IMG/VR virus record: IMGVR_UViG_3300037601_000088
Coordinates: 64,001-128,000 of that record
Origin: a virus
Lineage: Duplodnaviria > Caudoviricetes
Reading direction: 5' to 3' (one strand)
DNA: 64,000 nucleotides
Shown here: one piece after another, positions 1-9,084 of the stretch
Layout of the letters: each line of letters opens with the position of its first letter
Position numbering within the stretch: the first letter of the stretch is position 1
Position numbers and translations under genes: made by a program
Notes under the pieces: model-generated
Database searches by the model: none
The model's input: only the letters and a program-made list of their open reading frames with translations
What the model was told of the DNA's origin: nothing

Positions 1-12
1 TGTAAACAGCCT

Positions 13-65
13 TAAGTGTCATATTTGACTCTTAATTTATCATTAACAACCAAATATGACACTTA
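13..65. repeat. Perfect 15-bp inverted repeat (hairpin, 23-nt loop)
   Basis: taagtgtcatatttg (13-27) / caaatatgacactta (51-65). Confidence 0.8.
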
Positions 66-68
66 GTG

Positions 69-214
69 TTACTGCACATTTCTGGAAAGCACCAGAGATT
101 ATTCCTGATATCTCCCAACCTTTACCGCGCTATGATCAACTCGCATCAGCTCAAGTATGTCACTTTCGAAGGGTGTGAATCGCTTTTCACCAGCTCTCCA
201 GAAATGTGCAGTAA
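69..214 (-). ncRNA. Putative ~146-nt structured ncRNA closed by a long terminal stem
   Basis: Perfect 18-bp IR 69-86/197-214, extending to 22 bp with one G-U on the - strand; internal hairpins; promoter ends just upstream. Confidence 0.55.
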
Positions 215-217
215 TTT

Positions 218-246
218 TTTATACACAAAGTAAAAGCTTATGTAAA
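218..246 (-). promoter_or_regulatory. Early sigma70-type promoter
   Basis: (G)TTTACA-N17-TATAAA, matching the T4 early-promoter pattern; same motif recurs at 26403, 44668, 44745 and 56384. Confidence 0.7.
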
Positions 247-379
247 CCTTTTTTATGCGTAATATTTTGGTGGCTCGGGATCAATCCACCAATTATCATT
301 TTCAGCAGGCCTAAAAAGAAAAGGCCTGAGACTATATCGAAAATTTTTAATATAACCTTTTGAATAAATAATAACCATT

Positions 380-1783
380 TTATACCTCTGCTTTCTTGCG
401 AATTTCATCAAAGTATGAGAAAATATTGAATTTACCGTTTGTAAAAACAGGCTTCAATAAATTACCGCTATACTTTTCAATCTGAGCAAAATCATTTCTC
501 GTGTAAGGTTCAAATTTATTACTCACAGACTGAATACCCGCTTTAGATACTTTTTTAGTATCTGTCACTGGTTTCTTATAAACAGGAAGAATTTCATCTC
601 CTATTTTGATAGCACATGCTTTCATTGCGTAACCAAGACTATCACGATTTACTTTTTGCAATAATCCTGCACCCATACCGAAGGCAATATTATCTGCAGA
701 CCATCCATTTTTTCGATAGTTTTCTAGAATATTGCCAATTGAATGAATATTCACGCCATCACCTTGAATGATACGAACATTATTTAAAACTTTAAATCCT
801 TTGGTATTAAGAGTATAACCAAAACGTTTACCTAAAATTTCAATAACATCCAATGTAACATCAATTGGATCTCCAGAATCTGGCCGAATAACAAGAGTTG
901 CCTGAGAATCAATAATCTTTTGTTTTAAATGTGTCCCCCATAATTCATCACATGCTCGGTAAATATCATAAGAATCTGATACACAAGCAAGTAATGCCTC
1001 AGGTTTTGCAAACTGATTTAACATATTATCAAAAGCATCAATTTCTTTATCAGGACCACCCCATGCAGTGATTGTACTATGTTCAGATGCAGGGATAGAG
1101 AATCCTGTAGAATTAATGCCGGCGCCATAATTTTCCCTAAGATATATCAGGGAAGTTAAAGTGTCAGTCCCCATAAAATTAATTAAATGAGCACCACCAC
1201 CAATTCGGGCCTGTTCTTCAGAGGTTGTTCCACGCGCACCAAAATCATGAAGTTTGAATGGAAGCCCATCTAAATTATCAGCGGTCATTTCGAGATAACC
1301 TTTGATAATTTTTTTAACTTCACGAGATAGTGTCGCCACGGTTGAAGGATACCAAACAGCTCGTAGAATAACGGTTTCCAAGAAGCTTGTTAACCAAAAG
1401 CATTTTGGATCAGTGTTATAGACTTGAACCTGCGGTACACCTACAGGAAAAACTGTTCCTTCTGGAAGAGCCTCAATTACAATAGGAAGTCTTCCTTCGT
1501 GAACATTTAGAATATATTCCCAACCTTCACGATTGAATGGTACACCATGAGCTTTACAAACAAGATCAGCTTGATTGATCTTTTGTTGAGTAACAACTTG
1601 ACCGACCAAATAATTCCTTATAAAAGCCTGAAGGCCGAAGTTGACAATTTCATCCGTGTAATTCATTTCAGCTGAGGTATAGCGAGGCTCAATATATGAA
1701 TACACTGTCTCGGTTTTTGGCGGATATTGAAGATAGTGGCTGTGTTTATAGCTATCAGCCATTAAGAGTAAATTATTTTCCAT
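380..1783 (-). CDS. nadV: Nicotinamide phosphoribosyltransferase (NAMPT)
   Basis: DSYKxSH, LHDFGARG, PASEHS, VSDSYD, IRPDSGDP, IIQGDGV motifs. Confidence 0.95.
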   Translation of the reverse strand: MENNLLLMADSYKHSHYLQYPPKTETVYSYIEPRYTSAEMNYTDEIVNFGLQAFIRNYLVGQVVTQQKINQADLVCKAHGVPFNREGWEYILNVHEGRLPIVIEALPEGTVFPVGVPQVQVYNTDPKCFWLTSFLETVILRAVWYPSTVATLSREVKKIIKGYLEMTADNLDGLPFKLHDFGARGTTSEEQARIGGGAHLINFMGTDTLTSLIYLRENYGAGINSTGFSIPASEHSTITAWGGPDKEIDAFDNMLNQFAKPEALLACVSDSYDIYRACDELWGTHLKQKIIDSQATLVIRPDSGDPIDVTLDVIEILGKRFGYTLNTKGFKVLNNVRIIQGDGVNIHSIGNILENYRKNGWSADNIAFGMGAGLLQKVNRDSLGYAMKACAIKIGDEILPVYKKPVTDTKKVSKAGIQSVSNKFEPYTRNDFAQIEKYSGNLLKPVFTNGKFNIFSYFDEIRKKAEV

Positions 1784-1812
1784 TTCATAAGTTCCTTATG
1801 TTAGTTTGAATA

Positions 1813-1831
1813 TTGAACGTCTATCGTTCAA
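1813..1831 (-). promoter_or_regulatory. GAUAGAC-loop leader hairpin upstream of nadV
   Basis: TTGAACG-ATAGA-CGTTCAA ending 29 nt before ATG; twin element upstream of natV. Confidence 0.6.
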
Positions 1832-2148
1832 ATGACCATGAGAATTTCTTTAGCAATTTCTAAAATTTTATTAAAATCACTATAATCAAGAGTTTTGTCA
1901 AGATTATTGACAAAAATTTGTGCATCATGTAAACACAAATTTTTCATATAACCTGGCTGTGACCATTTTTCATAATACCAGGCTCCGTCCGTGTCTCCTT
2001 TCTTATATTTTATTCTATAAATTTCTTCAGCAATAGGAATTAGAGGATTATCTATAATTTGTTTCTCTAATGCTTCTCTTTTTTCAAGAAGCATTTCGAG
2101 TTCAGATTCGACTGATTGAATGTTTCTATTAACTTGATCTAAATTCAT
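1828..2148 (-). CDS. Hypothetical protein
   Basis: ORF tightly packed between natV and nadV. Confidence 0.7.
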   Translation of the reverse strand: MNLDQVNRNIQSVESELEMLLEKREALEKQIIDNPLIPIAEEIYRIKYKKGDTDGAWYYEKWSQPGYMKNLCLHDAQIFVNNLDKTLDYSDFNKILEIAKEILMVI

Positions 2149-2151
2149 AAT

Positions 2152-3240
2152 TTAAACTCCTAGCATATCTTTGACAATAAAATAATGATCCTCAAACATT
2201 TTTTTAGGATTCAATTCATTTAATGGTACCCATTTTGCTTTGTCAGCATCGTCAGAACCCCTAACTTTTGGTAGTGAAGTTTGAGCCGGCAAACTAATCA
2301 AAAAAGCCTGAGTAATTAACCTACCACGAGCAGACCTATGTGGATCATCATAAGTTTTACTTTCTTTAATTGATCCACGAAGAACAGCTTCAGGTACCTT
2401 AAGTTTTGTTTCTTCCTTAAGTTCTCGGATAGCGGCATCTTCTAATTTTTCGTATTCATGAATAAAACCTCCAGGAAGGGCCCAAATGCCTTTGCCTGGT
2501 TCTGACCTTCTACGAACAAGAAGAATATGACCAGATTGAACAACAACAGCATCAACGGTATGTTCAATACGAGGATATTTACTTACACCTTTTTTATAAA
2601 CTTCAATAAATTCTTGTTCAGTTTTTAGCTTCGTATATGTTTCTGTTTTTTGAAATTTTTTAAGAAACTCCAAAGAATCATTAGAAAGAAAATTATTTAA
2701 AGCATTTTGTGCGGTATGAGTTCCGGTTTCAGGATCCCAACTAGGATTTATTGCTCCATAACTCCAATAAAGTTCTCTAAGATCAGTAGCATTAATTGGA
2801 TCTAAAAATTCTACAGATTCATTTCCCCATGTAGGGAATAATTTGAGATAATAACTAGTATGATCCTTTGCGCAACCAATAAGACCAATCTTATCATTTT
2901 CGTTAGTTTCGTTATCAACCAACTCACGAACTTCTTCAATCCAACTATTATCATTATATGTATGATCATTAAGAGGGAGAATTACTAATGAGTTATCAAC
3001 ATCATATTGACAACTAAATTCACCTTGTTGGTGATCATATAAACCATATGTTCGTTGAATCATATGTTTACGTTCTTCAAACGTAAAAGGATTACGCATG
3101 CTCCTGCCAGAATTAGCAGAACCAATGAGAACAATTACTTTTTTAGAAAGTTCGAGAGCACGGTCAATTACGCGCTTATGGCCATTATGAAATGGCTGGA
3201 ATCTCCCTATGAAAACTAGGGCATCATACTTATAAGTCAT
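2152..3240 (-). CDS. natV: Bifunctional NMN adenylyltransferase / Nudix ADP-ribose hydrolase
   Basis: GRFQPFHNGH (HxGH) N-domain; Nudix box ALPGGF..E....AAIRELKEET; GSDDA. Confidence 0.95.
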   Translation of the reverse strand: MTYKYDALVFIGRFQPFHNGHKRVIDRALELSKKVIVLIGSANSGRSMRNPFTFEERKHMIQRTYGLYDHQQGEFSCQYDVDNSLVILPLNDHTYNDNSWIEEVRELVDNETNENDKIGLIGCAKDHTSYYLKLFPTWGNESVEFLDPINATDLRELYWSYGAINPSWDPETGTHTAQNALNNFLSNDSLEFLKKFQKTETYTKLKTEQEFIEVYKKGVSKYPRIEHTVDAVVVQSGHILLVRRRSEPGKGIWALPGGFIHEYEKLEDAAIRELKEETKLKVPEAVLRGSIKESKTYDDPHRSARGRLITQAFLISLPAQTSLPKVRGSDDADKAKWVPLNELNPKKMFEDHYFIVKDMLGV

Positions 3241-3269
3241 CGAAAAACTCCTCTTCGACTAATGTATAC

Positions 3270-3284
3270 TGGAGTCTATCTCCA
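3270..3284 (-). promoter_or_regulatory. GAUAGAC-loop leader hairpin upstream of natV
   Basis: TGGAG-ATAGA-CTCCA ending 29 nt before ATG. Confidence 0.6.
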
Positions 3285-3303
3285 ATAATTATTTATTGTA
3301 TTT

Positions 3304-3684
3304 TTATTCTATAATTTTTGCAATTTGAAATCTTTTTTTCTCAAGGTGAGAATAATTACTTAAAATCGTATCAATTTCATCTTTAATTTCACCCAAAGAA
3401 CCAAATGTTCTAGATGCATAAAATGCATCTTTATTATACAAAAGAATATATTCTTCTTCTACATATTCTTTGTCAATATCATACCAAGAATAGCCTTCTT
3501 TATCTTTAGAATTCACAAAGGAAGACCATTCTCCTGTTTTTTTGAAAGATATTGCTGTCCCGCCTTTGCAAGTAAATCCAATATAATAATGCATTGAATC
3601 TTCGTCACTAAATTCATTTTTAGCAGCAATAAAAACTTTCGCACCATCTTTGGTGAGATAATATTTTCCAACTTCAATTTCCAT
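3304..3684 (-). CDS. Hypothetical protein
   Basis: MEIEVGKYYLTKDG-type phage N-terminus; GGAG upstream. Confidence 0.7.
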   Translation of the reverse strand: MEIEVGKYYLTKDGAKVFIAAKNEFSDEDSMHYYIGFTCKGGTAISFKKTGEWSSFVNSKDKEGYSWYDIDKEYVEEEYILLYNKDAFYASRTFGSLGEIKDEIDTILSNYSHLEKKRFQIAKIIE

Positions 3685-3842
3685 AGATTATTTCTCCGCA
3701 TCTTTCTAAATCATGAGAAAATTCCAAACAAGATCGAAAGGCATTATTTTCATGCCTTTCGATATCTACCTTTGCTATTTCTTTGGCAATATACATGAAA
3801 GTAACACACGCCATAAAAATAACGAATACAAGGAAGTCTTTT

Positions 3843-4226
3843 TTACCCAAGTTCTTCAAGCTCTTTAAGAATATCTTCTTTAGATTTGCTTGATAGTTCT
3901 TCATTTTCCTTTGTAGCAAGTGCTTCCAAAAGCTTTTCACGTTTAGCCGCGCGATCAGCTTTAGCTTTTTCTACTTCTTTTTCTTCCTGTTTAACTGAAA
4001 TAATATATTTCAGAATATCAAGCTGAAGAGTAAAAATAGCTTTGCTTGGATGCGGCCGAGTATTAATAAAACTTTCCTCGGTCACTTCTTTCAAATTTGT
4101 ATTAACATCACGAGCAATTTTATCGAGACGAGTCAGAGAAAGATCCCATAACTGTTCAACAGTAAGTTCGCCTACATTTGAGTTAAAGCGAACTTTTTTT
4201 CGAGATGCCTTTTCAAAAATATCCAT
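3843..4226 (-). CDS. Hypothetical coiled-coil protein
   Basis: AAGGA SD; charged helical C-terminus; co-oriented with the 671-aa gene. Confidence 0.8.
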   Translation of the reverse strand: MDIFEKASRKKVRFNSNVGELTVEQLWDLSLTRLDKIARDVNTNLKEVTEESFINTRPHPSKAIFTLQLDILKYIISVKQEEKEVEKAKADRAAKREKLLEALATKENEELSSKSKEDILKELEELG

Positions 4227-4240
4227 TTTATATTTCCTTT

Positions 4241-6256
4241 CTAAAACTGGACTTCATATGGTTTGTTATCTACTTTTAATAAAACTGTATTCTTTTGAGT
4301 TGATGAAAAACCTACTCCGGATAATTGATCCATCGTATTTTCGCATTTGGTTTTATCACCTAAAATCTCAAAAACTTTCCTATGCTTTCCTAACTCGGAT
4401 TTCAAAAATTCATTATAAATACCCCTGGTCGGATTTGGATTTTTACACCCAGATAGAATAAAGAACCAATGTTTGTTACCAACATTATTTTCATCCCAGT
4501 GATTAGGACTATACATAATAGTGTCAACAGACACAAATTGTTCTGTTTGAATTCCCCATTTTTCAATGGAATATGAACCACCTACAACATTTTTAGGTGA
4601 GAGTACATTAATATTACTCAATTCGCCGTTTGTAATAATAAGTTCTAAACAATGAACTGTTTTTTTGTCACTAAGACCCTTTTCATGAACATAATTAGAA
4701 ATTTTTCCTTTATATTCAACCTCTAATTCAAAACCAGGTCTTACTGAAGATCTACGATTATATTGATTTACATGAATTTCATATTTTCCATCTAATGGCA
4801 TTTTACTCCATTGAAGATTTTCAACAGGGTTTTTATTATTAGTCTGACCCCCAGCATTCATATCGACATCTAAGATACCTTTTTTATCTCCAAAATAGAT
4901 ATGCATACCATTTGGAGTATAACAATGAATATCAAGATCATCTGAATTATGCCAACCAAGACTTACTCTTAACTCAGCATCAACATTACCACCAGCCTTT
5001 TTAACTCTTTCTTTGATTGAATCTGTAACATTTCCATCATATGACCACCCGAAGTTATTATTCCATTGGAAAATCGGTTTAGCCATTTCATGAATTGGTG
5101 CAGTCAAAGACATAAAATTGCCGGCGTGATTTGATTTCAACATAATTTCAATGGATTTAGAATTAGGAACAATATTGTTCATAAAATCATCAATCGAAAT
5201 TTTTTGAGTTCCCTTCGATGGCTTTGTTTTGACCTTAACTTCTTCCATAAGAAGATTTTCAATTCCATCTTTCATTTTAGATTGAACAGAATTATTAACG
5301 AAAAGAACATTGTTAACAGAAACATCAGAAAGCTTAGCAAAACGCCGCTCCAATGATTCCTGAATGCCAAGTTCTTCAATGGTCTTCATTGCATCTTTAA
5401 CCATTGAAGGCGTAATCAAAGCTTTAGGCCGTTTATAATTTGCCGGTGCAACTTTATTTTCAAAAGCTTTTACAGCATCTTCTAAAGAAACTCCTGACGA
5501 AATATCTTGAATTAACGTACCAATCACAGTATTTCTAAAACGTGCAACCGAGTCATTTACATTCTTCCAAGCATAAAGGCTTTTTGAATTATCATCAGAA
5601 AGCTTATCAAAAGCTTTTTTATGCTTTAGAAAACCTTTAACCGATTTTAAATGTTCTTGACCGCGATAAAGAGAATTATCTTTAATTAATTCAATGACAT
5701 CATTAAGAGCTGCCACTGATAATTCATTTAATCCGCGATAAAAAACATCATATGATGACTTAAAACTTGACAAAACATGACCAGGATCATTATTCTGATA
5801 TTTTAAATCAGCAACGCCATGAAAATGATGCCATTTTTTGGTTTCATTTCCTTTAATTAATTCAATTGTATATTCGTTGCCAAAACCTCTATGTTTTGTA
5901 CGATAAATGTTTTCAATCGGTAAAGAATGAACAAATTTAGATAATTTTTTGGCTACGATATTGTAAGGATAATCTAATCCATCAACATCCCAAATTGATA
6001 CTATTTGATTATTAGAATCAATAGCAACAACTCTACCTAAATTTCGAATAAAATTCTTACAGCAAGAGCAATCATGGTATGTTCTTTCACGATAAAGAGG
6101 ATTTGTTCCTTCGGGAAAAGATTCCAGGTACACATCAAAAATATCCTGATTATCTAATTTAACAACATAAAGTTCATGATCTAGTAAATTTTGAATTTCA
6201 TTAAATTTATCATGAACCTTTGAGGCAAATGGTGTAAAGTTATATTCGTTTGACAT
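4241..6256 (-). CDS. Large hypothetical protein with CxCC motif and YfaP/DUF2135-like domain
   Basis: HDCSCC; LRVSLGW..DDLDIH...LDVD...VEN pattern; AAGGA SD. Confidence 0.7.
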   Translation of the reverse strand: MSNEYNFTPFASKVHDKFNEIQNLLDHELYVVKLDNQDIFDVYLESFPEGTNPLYRERTYHDCSCCKNFIRNLGRVVAIDSNNQIVSIWDVDGLDYPYNIVAKKLSKFVHSLPIENIYRTKHRGFGNEYTIELIKGNETKKWHHFHGVADLKYQNNDPGHVLSSFKSSYDVFYRGLNELSVAALNDVIELIKDNSLYRGQEHLKSVKGFLKHKKAFDKLSDDNSKSLYAWKNVNDSVARFRNTVIGTLIQDISSGVSLEDAVKAFENKVAPANYKRPKALITPSMVKDAMKTIEELGIQESLERRFAKLSDVSVNNVLFVNNSVQSKMKDGIENLLMEEVKVKTKPSKGTQKISIDDFMNNIVPNSKSIEIMLKSNHAGNFMSLTAPIHEMAKPIFQWNNNFGWSYDGNVTDSIKERVKKAGGNVDAELRVSLGWHNSDDLDIHCYTPNGMHIYFGDKKGILDVDMNAGGQTNNKNPVENLQWSKMPLDGKYEIHVNQYNRRSSVRPGFELEVEYKGKISNYVHEKGLSDKKTVHCLELIITNGELSNINVLSPKNVVGGSYSIEKWGIQTEQFVSVDTIMYSPNHWDENNVGNKHWFFILSGCKNPNPTRGIYNEFLKSELGKHRKVFEILGDKTKCENTMDQLSGVGFSSTQKNTVLLKVDNKPYEVQF

Positions 6257-6280
6257 AATATATTTCCTTAAATTTTAAAA

Positions 6281-6718
6281 TTAATAGGTAGAGGTGAGGG
6301 CATCAACAGCCCTCTGCCACATCTCACGGTCATCGTGAGCCGGTCCTGGAAACTTAATGCCTGAATCTGTTGTGTAATCACGCTCCTGCGCAATGAACTC
6401 CAAAGCCTCCTGCAATCGTTCTTCACGGGCAAGGGCTTGGTCGCGTTCGGCTATAATGCGATGCAGGTCTTCTTGTAGGCGCTCAACGGGCTTGTATACG
6501 TCAGTTTCCTGTCGGTCATAATTGCTCCAAGACAAGGCGTCATATTCTCCAGTAAAGACACGCCACGCGATCCTGAAACGCTCAAAAACGGTGGGCGCAG
6601 AAAGCGGTCGAGCTGGCCCCCAGGTTCCATCTGACCATTGTCTTTCTACGGTTTTCCATTGACGCCATTCTGCCCAGTGGCGGGCGCTTATGACTGTTGG
6701 TCCATGAGTATTAACCAT
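6281..6718 (-). CDS. Hypothetical protein (GC-rich island)
   Basis: Likely start MVNTH after GGAGG SD; high-GC sequence. Confidence 0.65.
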   Translation of the reverse strand: MVNTHGPTVISARHWAEWRQWKTVERQWSDGTWGPARPLSAPTVFERFRIAWRVFTGEYDALSWSNYDRQETDVYKPVERLQEDLHRIIAERDQALAREERLQEALEFIAQERDYTTDSGIKFPGPAHDDREMWQRAVDALTSTY

Positions 6719-6719
6719 T

Positions 6720-6992
6720 TTACTCTTCCTCCTTCTCGGTGGAGCGGGCGACGAGCATGGCGTCAGCATAGGCGAACTTCCACTCAGCTGTTGCCTTGGC
6801 GATAATCAGCGGGTCGATGTTCCTATCGTCTTGGCCGTACATTTCCCACCATTCCCGAGGCATACTGGGTGATTGGGAGGCATACCAATCACGGAGGCTC
6901 ATGCCCGGATGGCCGCCACATTCAGGATTACCATGAGCAAATGCAGGCCCACCATCGTTGATTACATCACTAATTATATCTAGTTTTTCCAT
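6720..6992 (-). CDS. Hypothetical protein, GGPAF...GMSLRDW family
   Basis: GGPAFA...GMSLRDWYA...AYADAML pattern typical of temperate proteobacterial phages. Confidence 0.7.
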   Translation of the reverse strand: MEKLDIISDVINDGGPAFAHGNPECGGHPGMSLRDWYASQSPSMPREWWEMYGQDDRNIDPLIIAKATAEWKFAYADAMLVARSTEKEEE

Positions 6993-7006
6993 TATAATTA
7001 ACCCAT

Positions 7007-7468
7007 TTATATAGGACGCCACTCAGTGGCAACAATAAGAGTGCCATCAGTTCCAGTAAAATAAGAACTATGTGGAGAAACTCCTGACTTATTCGCATAA
7101 CCCCGAGTACCCATAGCTGTTTCATTATATTTGGCCATAACACTATTTCTGACTTCTACAATTGTTTGCCATGGTGCAGTTTCAATTGGTTGCCACTCAT
7201 TATCACCATCTTTATTAAGAGCTTTAAAAGCCTTTTCGGATGGCCAGCCATCAAGGTTCCAGCAATGAACCGATTTACCGCTGTCGGCATCTTGAAACAA
7301 TTCCCAATTGTCTTCATTAGCAAACAGAAATAAAGCATCTCGCAGCCTGGCTACCTCTGAATTTAAGCGAGTGATTTCGCCAGTTTGTGATTCAACTCCG
7401 GCTTTATATCCTGCTGAATAACCAGTCGAATAAGGTCCGTTTGGACCATCCATTAAAATACGTTCCAT
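7007..7468 (-). CDS. Hypothetical protein with WQPIETAP module
   Basis: WQPIETAP...ATEWRP; AAGGA SD. Confidence 0.7.
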   Translation of the reverse strand: MERILMDGPNGPYSTGYSAGYKAGVESQTGEITRLNSEVARLRDALFLFANEDNWELFQDADSGKSVHCWNLDGWPSEKAFKALNKDGDNEWQPIETAPWQTIVEVRNSVMAKYNETAMGTRGYANKSGVSPHSSYFTGTDGTLIVATEWRPI

Positions 7469-7486
7469 AATATATTTCCTTTATGT

Positions 7487-8596
7487 TTAATTATATTCTG
7501 TTCCGTTTTTACGCGTTAAATAATCATCATTAATAAACTTCAACATTTTTGGTCTTTCGGTAGAAGAAACAACCACTCCTTCTCGAACGTGAGACTGATC
7601 ACCTAATGTTGTATTTCCCTTTGCATACCAATGAATCGCTTCAGGGTTATATTTCATGATTTTTAAAATAGGAACAAATTGAATCCACATTTCTTCAATG
7701 ATTTCTCGACTTTGTTTGGCATTCAAAAACGATCCATTATTGAAATTTCCTTCGTAAATGTAAACAGCGAAACCTTTAAAAGTTGGCTTCTCCTGATCAT
7801 ATTTTAGATCCTGAATGCCATTTCCAAAAATTTCACCAAACAAAACAATACCTTCAGTAGGCTTTAACATTTGATAACGATATATACCAAGTTTATTATC
7901 GATGTTTAATTCACGAAAAACCTTAGTATATACATTTTTTTCAAGATTTTCCTCAGAAAAAGGAAAAATAATCCCCTTGGAGAGCATTCCCTTTGAAGAA
8001 GCAAATGGCATTACATCAAGATAAGGCACATTATCCTTTGTATTTGTTTCAACAGGTCCTACACCACATGCTGCCATAGTACCATGAAGTTTTTCAGTAA
8101 TATAAACTTCTTCACCGGCACCAATTAAATTGGGTTCATTTTTATAATTTTCAATATCAAATGAAATTCTGGAAGCATCATTTGTTGCAATACCATCACC
8201 ATTAAATGATGCAGGAACCTCTGGAATATATTTTTGAATATTAAGAACACTCATTAAATTTTCTGATTCAATAATATCAATAGGTTCAATGCCATAGTTT
8301 TCAGCAATTAATTTAATTGGAATTACAATACCCTGTGATAAAACACCACGAAGCTTAATAGCTTTTACTCGATTCTTTTTTGATCCAGCAAGTTTTCCCT
8401 CAAGATTTAAAAGTTTAAGCAATTTTTCAGGCATTAAAGCTGCCTCAGGAACATAAACGATTACAGACCCTTCTTTGTGAATTCCTTTTTGAACTACACA
8501 TGAATACCCGTTAATTTTGGCTACTTCAATTTTATCCGCTCCTTCAATAGGTGAAAGTTCAGATATAATTTCTGATTTGACCACAAAACTAGACAT
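7487..8596 (-). CDS. RNA ligase, Rnl2/DRB0094-like, with N-terminal OB-fold
   Basis: PIEGADKIE...KLRGVLSQG N-domain; motif I TEKLHGT; FGEIFG; REGVV; LKFI. Confidence 0.85.
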   Translation of the reverse strand: MSSFVVKSEIISELSPIEGADKIEVAKINGYSCVVQKGIHKEGSVIVYVPEAALMPEKLLKLLNLEGKLAGSKKNRVKAIKLRGVLSQGIVIPIKLIAENYGIEPIDIIESENLMSVLNIQKYIPEVPASFNGDGIATNDASRISFDIENYKNEPNLIGAGEEVYITEKLHGTMAACGVGPVETNTKDNVPYLDVMPFASSKGMLSKGIIFPFSEENLEKNVYTKVFRELNIDNKLGIYRYQMLKPTEGIVLFGEIFGNGIQDLKYDQEKPTFKGFAVYIYEGNFNNGSFLNAKQSREIIEEMWIQFVPILKIMKYNPEAIHWYAKGNTTLGDQSHVREGVVVSSTERPKMLKFINDDYLTRKNGTEYN

Positions 8597-8798
8597 TTTT
8601 TAATTCCTTAAGTTAAGGTATTATACATAATTGTATGTGAAACAAAGAGAAGAAAAAGTGAGAAAAGAAAAGCTAAAGCTTTAATATAAATGTCATCTTC
8701 AGCGCCTGAAAAATGAGCCGAAAAAACTGCTAAAATAGAAGTAAAACAAGTTAATACACCTGTTGTAAATAAATTATCCATAATATTATTCCTTTCAA

Positions 8799-9068
8799 TT
8801 ATTCAAAATCACTTTTTTCAATTAAATCAAAAAGTTTAATTTTCCGGTTTAACGGAATATAATTCGAATTTTCAAAATTCAAATAAGCAACCAAGTTTTC
8901 TTTAGACCTAAGTGAAACAGCAGGATCGCCACAAACAGTAATTAAACCATATTTAACACTCTTAGAGTCAAACCCATAAAAAATCATCAATGCTTTACTA
9001 TTATGAGCACCTTCTTTTTTTAAGAGAATACCCGAAGTAATATCTTTTTCTTCCCAAATATATTTCAT
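8799..9068 (-). CDS. Hypothetical protein
   Basis: AAGGA SD, co-oriented ORF. Confidence 0.65.
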   Translation of the reverse strand: MKYIWEEKDITSGILLKKEGAHNSKALMIFYGFDSKSVKYGLITVCGDPAVSLRSKENLVAYLNFENSNYIPLNRKIKLFDLIEKSDFE

Positions 9069-9084
9069 AATAAAAATCCTTTAA

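Noticed and set aside
1-22. Possible gene start ATG ACA CTT AAG on the - strand (e.g. a retron RT)
   Set aside because: Only 7 codons are visible and the same bases form a GTTTACA -35 box; nothing supports an RT call.
100-180. Hammerhead-like words (CGAAA, CUGAUG) in the 146-nt RNA
   Set aside because: CUGAUGC does not match CUGANGA and the three stems cannot be built.
157-363. 68-aa + strand ORF
   Set aside because: Antisense to the promoter and structured RNA, no SD.
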